64,000 nt of DNA from a virus (taxonomy: Duplodnaviria; Caudoviricetes): IMG/VR virus record IMGVR_UViG_3300028591_000129, positions 32,001 to 96,000 of that record; one strand, written 5' to 3'. A program made the translations under genes and the position numbers. Shown here in pieces: positions 39,743 through 47,216 of the stretch (the stretch's first letter is position 1; each line of letters opens with the position of its first letter). The notes under the pieces are model-generated. The model was given only the letters and a program-made list of their open reading frames with translations. It did not search any database and had not been told where the DNA came from.

Positions 39743-41446
39743 TTAATTACCTTTTCTGTTGCAGTACTTCTCAAGAGCATAACGACAATTATGCACAACA
39801 ACCCCGTTAGACAGTACAAAATTGTGGTAGATTGGCACTTCCAAGTCATATACCGCAGTCCTTTTAGCTGTCTTCGTCACGGACTTAACATACGCGTAGC
39901 CGTCTTCACAAAATAATGCGTCCTCGTGGGTAAGCTCGTCAGCTCTCACGTAACCTCTGTCTGTGGTTAACAGCCTGTGGTTATCAGTACATTCAACTGT
40001 CCTACCGTCCTCAAGTGTAACTCTGTAAATCTCGGCATAATCAAACGTCTTTCTGCAATGACAATAAGGTGTCAAAACAAATCTGTTCCGCTTAATATCA
40101 TACGCGTGAAGATAACCCTCGGTATCCACCATATCCTCGATTTTCTTATTTCCGTCAGCAGTAAATACCTCGGTATCTCCCGTAAGGCACGCGTCGATAC
40201 TGTGGTCGTTACCATCAGGATATTGAGATATAAAGTTGCCGTCTTTGTCTTGTTCATACTCATAATTAGCAAATTCCCAAAACGAATCAGGACAATATTT
40301 CGGGTCAATATAGATATGATTAAGTCCCTGCAACCACTTGATGCCGTAGCGCCTGCTCTCCGCTCCCTTCTGTGCGCCACGAATAAACGCTCCGTATGCT
40401 TTGAAGTCAGCAATGGACTTTGGCTCGGCGCTGTCTGCTATTACCTGCTCTGTCTTATCCACTAAATGTAGCTTCTCATAAAGCTCGTCGAATATCTCGG
40501 CATTACGCTTCTCGTGTGTGCTGTACTCCCTGAAGATATACAAATCAAGCCTTGTCGGGTCAAAATGCATACGGACAAATCGTGTCGGGTCTTTTGCATA
40601 GCCCCAATCTATGCCGTTGTATATATGGTCAAATGTATCTGAACGCCTACAACCATTGTCCATAATCTCGTCGGCGTCGAACTCACATACATTAGGGAAG
40701 ACGTCTCCACCTGTACCGACAGCAATTCCGAGATACTCGTGCGCGTATGCTCGCTCATTTCTCTCTTTCAGTAACTCGGCTTCCTCGAAGAACGGGTATC
40801 CCAACCATTCAGGCGGTACGTCCAAATATGTATTGTGGGTAACGAGAACTCCGTCACGGTCTTTCATATCTTCCGCATACTCGTTCGCCCAATTGTTTCT
40901 GCTTATCGGCGGGTTGAACGTCATAAAGTTCCAAAAGTCTTTTCCGCCTCTCATTGTGGACTGAAGAACCTTACGCATTTCGTTCTCGCCTGCGAATTGG
41001 TCAAGCTCTTCCCACCAAGTAACTCCGATATAGCCTTTCTCTACCTTAATAGACTTGACCTTGTTCGGGTCGTCCATTCCCATAAAGATTATCTTCTGCC
41101 CCGTCGGTCTGTATACTATCGGGTTACTGTATATCTTCGGTATATGAAACAGTGGTGTCAGCCCAAGCTTCTCTATTCCCCACACTACCTGTGAGTACAC
41201 GCTGTTCTGTATGGTAGCTCCGACCTTACGGAAACATACCGCATTGACAAGCGGGTTACCGACAATGAGCAACGGTATCGCTATGCCCCCGTAAAATGAG
41301 GACTTCGTGCTACCTCTTCCGCCCTTACCTATATAATGCGTGTGCCCGTGTGTCAGTATATCCTTAAGTATCGGTTTGTACATCGGTATCACACACTCAT
41401 TAACGGGTATGCTTATCTCCGCGCTCTCTACCTGTCTGCCTGCCAT
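39743..41446 (-). CDS. terL: Terminase large subunit (PBSX/SPP1-like) containing an intein
   Basis: GGRGSTKS Walker A, WWEE, TFNPP, GIDWGY, ADSAEPKSI, DHSIDA...RYA. Confidence 0.93.
   Translation of the reverse strand: MAGRQVESAEISIPVNECVIPMYKPILKDILTHGHTHYIGKGGRGSTKSSFYGGIAIPLLIVGNPLVNAVCFRKVGATIQNSVYSQVVWGIEKLGLTPLFHIPKIYSNPIVYRPTGQKIIFMGMDDPNKVKSIKVEKGYIGVTWWEELDQFAGENEMRKVLQSTMRGGKDFWNFMTFNPPISRNNWANEYAEDMKDRDGVLVTHNTYLDVPPEWLGYPFFEEAELLKERNERAYAHEYLGIAVGTGGDVFPNVCEFDADEIMDNGCRRSDTFDHIYNGIDWGYAKDPTRFVRMHFDPTRLDLYIFREYSTHEKRNAEIFDELYEKLHLVDKTEQVIADSAEPKSIADFKAYGAFIRGAQKGAESRRYGIKWLQGLNHIYIDPKYCPDSFWEFANYEYEQDKDGNFISQYPDGNDHSIDACLTGDTEVFTADGNKKIEDMVDTEGYLHAYDIKRNRFVLTPYCHCRKTFDYAEIYRVTLEDGRTVECTDNHRLLTTDRGYVRADELTHEDALFCEDGYAYVKSVTKTAKRTAVYDLEVPIYHNFVLSNGVVVHNCRYALEKYCNRKGN
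39788..40189 (-). mobile_element. Mini-intein, 134 aa, without homing endonuclease
   Basis: CLTGDT start, block B TDNH, VYDLEV...HNF...VVHN/C end. Confidence 0.92.
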
Positions 41447-41489
41447 ACTCTCCTGACCGTACCTGCCTCTTCCTTATCGTCTCGTATTC

Positions 41490-41652
41490 TCTCCCCGCAG
41501 GGGAAAGTGTGTAGTTTTCCACCATCTGTTATGTACGTTATACCGCCTATAAGTTCCCCTCGCCACGAGTTTGTGTAGTTTTTCAGCTCCTATAAGTGTA
41601 CGTTATACCCCGCAGGAAATCAACCCACGGGGCAATCGGTGTAGTTTTTCAC
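41490..41652. repeat. Three GTGTAGTTTT repeats and two CCCCGCAGG repeats between terS and terL
   Basis: GTGTAGTTTT at about 41509, 41573 and 41639 (~65-bp period). Confidence 0.75.
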
Positions 41653-41654
41653 TG

Positions 41655-42362
41655 TCAATCCGACAGACCCTCTAAATTAATGTCAGGCTGTACTGCTTCC
41701 ACTGAAACCTCTCCGCTACTCGGCATATCCTGACCAAAGTCTAACTTTATCTTCAGTGTCGGCTCTTCATTTCCTGCTAACCTGTTAGGAATATCAATCT
41801 GTCTCTTCGCCAACTCTTGTGCCGCCTTTGTTCTCTCTGACAATGACGCTTCCATATCAAATTGGTCTTTTATCTTGCCCCTCATCACGTCCGTAAAGTA
41901 CTGCATTATCTCTTCTGCACTCGCTATACTCTCATTTTTCGCTTGTTCTAAACGATAATTGATTTCATCAGTGACGTAACCTTTGTTTAGGAGCTTCTGA
42001 GCATACTGTGCAGGAGCTTTGCACTGATAACCTGCGTCTATAACGGACTGTTTACCGTTACCTGTTTCTATATATCTGTCGATAAAAGTAGCTTCTTGAG
42101 GGGTAAGGGCGTGACCGTTATGCGTAGCGAATGATACACGGTTAACTTTAACAGCATTACGTGTATTATAGGATTTCTTCTTACCTGTATCTTGTTCTAC
42201 TACTGCTTCTGATAGGGATTGATTAGCAATATCTATAACGGTATCCTTATCATTAGGAATAGACTTACTGTCAGTATTAATAACAGTAGGATTATCTATA
42301 AGAGTAGGATTAACAGTATCAAGGTTATCAGGAAGATTAGGTGTATTCATTTCTTTTTTCAT
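41655..42362 (-). CDS. terS: Terminase small subunit
   Basis: LTPQE..F.D.YI...N..Q....AGY...ASAEEI..YFT.VMRG...ERTKAA.ELAKR. Confidence 0.85.
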   Translation of the reverse strand: MKKEMNTPNLPDNLDTVNPTLIDNPTVINTDSKSIPNDKDTVIDIANQSLSEAVVEQDTGKKKSYNTRNAVKVNRVSFATHNGHALTPQEATFIDRYIETGNGKQSVIDAGYQCKAPAQYAQKLLNKGYVTDEINYRLEQAKNESIASAEEIMQYFTDVMRGKIKDQFDMEASLSERTKAAQELAKRQIDIPNRLAGNEEPTLKIKLDFGQDMPSSGEVSVEAVQPDINLEGLSD

Positions 42363-42459
42363 TTTCGCCGGCGCGCCCCTTATTCTATGGTAAAAGGGTA
42401 AGTGTGACTGTCTCTTGCCTTACTTACCCTTCTCCGAGTGTGTTTCTTATCCTATTGTA

Positions 42460-42639
42460 TCACTTGTCTGCCGTTTCGTCAGTAACTCGTACTATACCTT
42501 CCTTACGGTCTTCTTCTTCCTCTCCCTCTTCGTATGCTTCATCGGCTACCCTGTTTATCTCGTCTCGCATACTCTCTACTACTTCATCTATGTCCTTGTA
42601 TATCTTCTCAAGGTCAAACTTCTCTTTCTTCTCTGCCAT
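42460..42639 (-). CDS. 59-aa acidic peptide
   Basis: Hand-translated MAEKKEKFDLEKIYKDIDEVVES...EEGEEEED. Confidence 0.55.
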   Translation of the reverse strand: MAEKKEKFDLEKIYKDIDEVVESMRDEINRVADEAYEEGEEEEDRKEGIVRVTDETADK

Positions 42640-42670
42640 CTTTTCGTACCGTCCTTTGCCTTATTTTTCC

Positions 42671-43192
42671 TTACGCCTTGTCAAAGTCGTCTCTTCTTAT
42701 GTTTCTCGTCCTGATGTGTCCGCCGAACCTTCTTCCGCCTCTTCGATTATCCGCCGCTACCATTCGGTCTATCATTTGTCTCTGTATCGTGCTCCTCACT
42801 ATCTCCTCAACAACTCTCCTCTGTGCACTGTTCAGGTTAGGGTTGTTCGCAAGTATTCTCGATATTGCCTGCTGTATCTGCCCGTTCTCTCCCCTTGCTT
42901 CCTCTCTTTGCATCATTGTGTTCAGCTTGGAGATAAAATTGTCCTTTTGTGACTGCGTCGCGCCTGACATTGCGATTGCATATCCTCTTACTGCGTTTGC
43001 TATGTCTATCTTGTCACTGTACTTGTTTAAGCTGTTGAGTGTCGACTCTATTGACGTGAAGTTGTATGGGAAGATTACAAGGGAATTCGCGTCCCTGAAT
43101 TTGTCCCTCAATACCCCTGTCGCGTCCTTAAGGTTTGTTACCTGTGTGCCCGTTATCTGTCCTCGACCTGTGTGTACGCCTACTGCTCCCAT
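42671..43192 (-). CDS. Basic Arg-rich protein with MGAVG N-terminus
   Basis: SD AGGAG before ATG 43192. Confidence 0.6.
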   Translation of the reverse strand: MGAVGVHTGRGQITGTQVTNLKDATGVLRDKFRDANSLVIFPYNFTSIESTLNSLNKYSDKIDIANAVRGYAIAMSGATQSQKDNFISKLNTMMQREEARGENGQIQQAISRILANNPNLNSAQRRVVEEIVRSTIQRQMIDRMVAADNRRGGRRFGGHIRTRNIRRDDFDKA

Positions 43193-43506
43193 TGCTGTAA
43201 ATCTCCTTTGTCTTTCGCCTTTATAGCGTCCCATACCTCGTCTTGAGGTATCTCTTTACCGATTACAGTGTACCACATATCGCGTAAATACTTGACTATA
43301 CGCATCTGTGACGTGCTCTCATACAGCTTCACATTCTTCCAACGCCCGCTCTCTTCGTCATATACCGCCTGCTTAATTGTGTATATCGTCACGGGTCTCT
43401 GCTGTTGCTCCGAATAAAACTGTGAGGTGGAATACATTATCTTCTTCCCACCCCTCGTGTTGAGCGCTTTCTGTAACTTGCGTATAAGTACTGTGTTACT
43501 CGGCAT
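43180..43506 (-). CDS. Hypothetical protein
   Basis: ORF with SD AAGGAG. Confidence 0.6.
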   Translation of the reverse strand: MPSNTVLIRKLQKALNTRGGKKIMYSTSQFYSEQQQRPVTIYTIKQAVYDEESGRWKNVKLYESTSQMRIVKYLRDMWYTVIGKEIPQDEVWDAIKAKDKGDLQQWEQ

Positions 43507-43703
43507 TTGCAGATACTCTCCTTACTTATCAGTATATACAATCTTTGAGGGAATTACAATATTATGTACTCTCTTTGCTACCCCGCTTTTTCAGCGTTTT
43601 TAATTGGTGTAGCTACCGATTTTTAATGGGTTTTGACCGCCCCCTACCCTGTCCTGTCAAAAATACAAGACGGATAAGGGGCAATATGTCAAAAACACAG
43701 GAG

Positions 43704-44789
43704 TTAAGCCATAAGTGCTACTACTGAAGTGACGTCTCCGTCGATAATCTTGATAGCTTCCTCGCTTCCGTAGTATATGTCTACCACGTTTCCTATCTGC
43801 GACTTAATCTGCGTGGTCAGTGTGGCAATGTCTGTCCTGCACTCGAACTCACCGACGTTAGCTGTTCCCTCTGCGTACTCTATCTTCTCTTCCGCGTCCT
43901 TGCTCGTTACCGTAAGTCCGTCCTTACCGAATGACAGCTTTATCTCTCCGTTGTCGTAAAGTCCTACGAAAAGTGCAATTCTGTCGAGCAGGTTAAGGAA
44001 CGGCATTTTGGATACCTTGCAAGAATATCCGAAGTCCTGCGTTACGTATGTTCGAAGACCCTCAATGTTAAATCTCTCGATACTGTCAGGGATAGTTGTG
44101 TATACGTGTCCGTCGTCAGATACAAATATCATATTGTTTCCGTTAACATAAACGTTTATGTCCCCCGTAAGAAGTCCGACCAAGTCCATTGTACGTGCGT
44201 CAATGAGATACGGGCTGTTCAAGAAACCCTTTGCAAAGCTTCCTACCGTGTATCTGTCTGTCGTAAGCACGCCCTTACTGTCGGCGTAATAACAACTGTA
44301 CCAAGGCTCGTCATTAGTAGTAAGAAGTGCTGACTTGATACTTGTGATAACTGTGCTGATGTCCGCAGAATTTGCCTTACCGACGGCGTTCTGCTCTGTC
44401 GTATACTGCTCAAGCTCCTTGAGCGGGTCGTGCAATACGATAGGCTCTCCGTCAGGTGCGTCAAGAGCAATCTGATACTGTCCGTTACCCTTAACAGTGA
44501 GTGCCTTGTTCGTAATCTCAAGTGTCGTCTTGTCACTCGTAATCTTGGATACAAGTCTCGTGAGAATATCTACGGATACTGCAACATACAGGTCGTCTCC
44601 CTCAATGTTGTCTGCCGTGATATACAGATAGTTTGCTCTCATTCTGTCGATTGTCATAAGGGTCAGGTGTCCGCCCTTAAGGCTGATAGCAACATACTCT
44701 GTCTCGGGCTTGAGCTTGTCGTTACCTGCACCCTTGACTACCTTGCCAAGCATTGCCTGTAACTGCGTCGTGTTCATTGTAAGTTTCAT
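43704..44789 (-). CDS. dnaN: Sliding clamp (DNA Pol III beta-like)
   Basis: 361 aa with the three-domain clamp pattern; located in the replication cluster. Confidence 0.7.
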   Translation of the reverse strand: MKLTMNTTQLQAMLGKVVKGAGNDKLKPETEYVAISLKGGHLTLMTIDRMRANYLYITADNIEGDDLYVAVSVDILTRLVSKITSDKTTLEITNKALTVKGNGQYQIALDAPDGEPIVLHDPLKELEQYTTEQNAVGKANSADISTVITSIKSALLTTNDEPWYSCYYADSKGVLTTDRYTVGSFAKGFLNSPYLIDARTMDLVGLLTGDINVYVNGNNMIFVSDDGHVYTTIPDSIERFNIEGLRTYVTQDFGYSCKVSKMPFLNLLDRIALFVGLYDNGEIKLSFGKDGLTVTSKDAEEKIEYAEGTANVGEFECRTDIATLTTQIKSQIGNVVDIYYGSEEAIKIIDGDVTSVVALMA

Positions 44790-44810
44790 ACCTTACCTCC
44801 TGTGTTTATA

Positions 44811-45725
44811 TTATTCTTTGTTTTGCTTCTTATACGTACTGCTCACTATCTTCGGTACTGCGTTCTCCCACTTCACGTTGTGGTGTACCCTCGCGTGATT
44901 ATTACCTAAAATGCCTATCTTACAAAACGACGGGCAACACATTACCGTATAGAATGACTTACAATACGTTCCCTCTGACGTGTACGGTGTTATCAGTCCG
45001 CCTTTTCGCATTCCGCCCCGCCTGTTTCTCTGCTGTGTATCGTTCTGATTGATACTTACGTCCATAACGGTCAGAAACAGGTCTCCACGAGCACCTAACA
45101 TACAATACGTGTTCACGTCTTCATTCAGTCTTCCTACGAACGTGAACGGTCTGTCCGTCGAGCATATAAAGCTGTTCATTGCCTTGCGCATAACTCGCGC
45201 CTTGAAATGTGAACCCTCTATACCGCCCATAAAGTCCCCGTTTTGCGCGATACATAACGTCTTCAGTGTCGGAATACTCTTATAATAGTCCAACAACGCC
45301 TCGAATACCACGTCAAGCTTCGTAGGAAACAATGTCTTAAGCTTCCCGTCTGCCTCGAACCTGAATTGGAACTCATAATAGTCGTCGTCAAGTACCATAA
45401 AATAAGTGTAACCAAGCCCCTTGGCGATGTCAAAGCAGGCATTTCTTGCATAAGTTGCCGAATTCCGTAACGGCACGTTGTCCATATGGTCGAACTTATC
45501 TGTCACGCTGTCCTTATCGAACTGAATTATCTTATCCTTGCCGAAACGCTTCACGTACTTGTCATATGTGTCGTCGTCACTTCCAAGCACGATATACCAT
45601 TCTCCCGTGTACCCGTACTTATTAAGAGTATCTACGGTCAGTATAAGGTCAGCATTGTGGTGGCTGATAATCAGCACGACAAGGTCACTCAAAGTCTTTG
45701 GCTTGTTTTGCAAGATTTCCGTCAT
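44811..45725 (-). CDS. GREB1/TAGT-like glycosyltransferase (putative DNA hypermodification)
   Basis: YARN..FD.A..LG..YF..LDDDY...RKAMNSF...NEDV..Y...KSFY.V motifs. Confidence 0.75.
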   Translation of the reverse strand: MTEILQNKPKTLSDLVVLIISHHNADLILTVDTLNKYGYTGEWYIVLGSDDDTYDKYVKRFGKDKIIQFDKDSVTDKFDHMDNVPLRNSATYARNACFDIAKGLGYTYFMVLDDDYYEFQFRFEADGKLKTLFPTKLDVVFEALLDYYKSIPTLKTLCIAQNGDFMGGIEGSHFKARVMRKAMNSFICSTDRPFTFVGRLNEDVNTYCMLGARGDLFLTVMDVSINQNDTQQRNRRGGMRKGGLITPYTSEGTYCKSFYTVMCCPSFCKIGILGNNHARVHHNVKWENAVPKIVSSTYKKQNKE

Positions 45726-46104
45726 TGCGGATTGCCTCCAATCTCTTTGACAGCTTCACATATCCGTTTGCTATCGCGTCGTCAAAGTCGATTAATACCA
45801 ACGCTGATTCTTCCATAAGCTTTTGCATTTCAGGCGTAGCGCTTGCATAATAATCCGCGATAAGTCCATAGTTAAATACGATATGTCGGGTCGCACCGTA
45901 ACGTAAGAACCTCTTTTCCTCGTCGGTAATGTCTGCCTCGTCTATATGCCTTAACAGCTCGTTATACTTGCGATAATCATAGCAGGCGTCGACTGACGGC
46001 GGATTATCACTCGGTGTGTATTGCGGTATCTTGAGCAATCTCGAATACTTATTATCGCCGTCCATTGCAGTACTTTGAATGGCTACTAATGGCTTCATTC
46101 TCAT
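45685..46104 (-). CDS. Partner protein of the TAGT-like glycosyltransferase
   Basis: A.RHIVFNY..IADYYA...MEESALV.ID...AI.NG; overlaps the GT gene. Confidence 0.55.
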   Translation of the reverse strand: MRMKPLVAIQSTAMDGDNKYSRLLKIPQYTPSDNPPSVDACYDYRKYNELLRHIDEADITDEEKRFLRYGATRHIVFNYGLIADYYASATPEMQKLMEESALVLIDFDDAIANGYVKLSKRLEAIRNDGNLAKQAKDFE

Positions 46105-46107
46105 ACG

Positions 46108-47154
46108 TTATTCCTCACTCTCGCTGTCCTCGTCGTCAATATCCCACTCCTCATAGTTATCCCACTCAATGTTCTCTCCGTACCACGCGTCGGATACGGT
46201 AACGTCGCACTTGATAGGCATTTGCAGTATCTCCTCGGCGGCGTGAGACATTGTCTCGGCAAGTAACTCTGAGCACTCTTTCATATTCTCTCTCGGGCAC
46301 TCCGCGATAATTTCGTCGTGTACAGGGATAAGCATTCTGAACCCCAAATCACGTAAGCGCTCGTTCTTATAAAGCTCTATCATTGCTATCTTTGTAAGGT
46401 CGGCGGCACTGCCCTGAATACGGGAATTTACGCATTGTCTCGTGGCATTGCCTATCCTCTTACTGTTATCTGTGATAACAAAATGCTCGCGCTCTGCTTG
46501 GTCAAATATCGTAAATTTCTGCTTTCTGCTCTGCGCATTCAACAGCTTTGTGATATAGTACTTTTCCTTTTGATACGGAACGGTCACGTCGGTGTTCTCA
46601 AAGTCGAGAATATCTCCGTCGGGTTCAAAACCTTTCTTCCAAGCAATCTCGTACTTGGGCAACTGCAAATCAGGAAGTCTGCGCTTACGTCCGCAAACGG
46701 TGGTAACATACCCAAGCTCGCGTGCCATCTGTAAAGACCTGTCCTCAAATGCCTTGATTGCAGGAAACGCTCTAAATACGCTGTCCTTAATAGCCTGCGC
46801 CTCTTCTTCCGTACAGCCTAACTGCTCTGCGATACTCTTAATGCCTCTTCCATACAGCACTCCAAGTAAGATACTTTTAGCCTGTCCTCTTCGCGTCTTA
46901 CCCGCGTCATACGTGTCCGTCTCTCCGTCAGCAAGCTTATCATAATGGTCGTCGGTGGCGTAATACCAATTCCCGTCTTCACCCTTTACGATAGGTGTAC
47001 CCTTGGGGAAATGCTCAAGACATTCCTCATATGATACGTGAAAAGACTTACTCGCAATCTCTGAATACAAGTCCTTGCCCTGCATAAATGTGTCGTACAT
47101 TTGACTATCGCCGTCCATACGGCACAAGGCGGCAAGGCATTTTGGTTCTTGCTG
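46108..47154 (-). CDS. polA: Family-A DNA polymerase, C-terminal frame (from QQEPK; motifs B and C)
   Basis: R..AK...LG..YG, NSRIQGSAAD, VHDE; this frame has no start codon upstream of QQEP. Confidence 0.9.
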   Translation of the reverse strand, partial: QQEPKCLAALCRMDGDSQMYDTFMQGKDLYSEIASKSFHVSYEECLEHFPKGTPIVKGEDGNWYYATDDHYDKLADGETDTYDAGKTRRGQAKSILLGVLYGRGIKSIAEQLGCTEEEAQAIKDSVFRAFPAIKAFEDRSLQMARELGYVTTVCGRKRRLPDLQLPKYEIAWKKGFEPDGDILDFENTDVTVPYQKEKYYITKLLNAQSRKQKFTIFDQAEREHFVITDNSKRIGNATRQCVNSRIQGSAADLTKIAMIELYKNERLRDLGFRMLIPVHDEIIAECPRENMKECSELLAETMSHAAEEILQMPIKCDVTVSDAWYGENIEWDNYEEWDIDDEDSESEE

Positions 47155-47162
47155 TGACCGCT

Positions 47163-47216
47163 CTAAGAGAAGTCACTTGACAGTAAGACGTAATTCTCAA
47201 CTGTTCGTAACTTCAC
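47163..47216 (-). CDS. 17-codon mini-ORF encoding the first half of polymerase motif A
   Basis: GTG AAG TTA...=MKLRTVENYVLLSSDFS then TAG; SD GAGGGGGTG. Confidence 0.7.
   Translation of the reverse strand: MKLRTVENYVLLSSDFS

Noticed and set aside
47155-47165. Amber recoding or read-through as the explanation for the polA stop
   Set aside because: Read-through stays in the wrong frame (SGHSKN...). The tRNA has anticodon TTG, not CTA, and long genes elsewhere are intact in the standard code.
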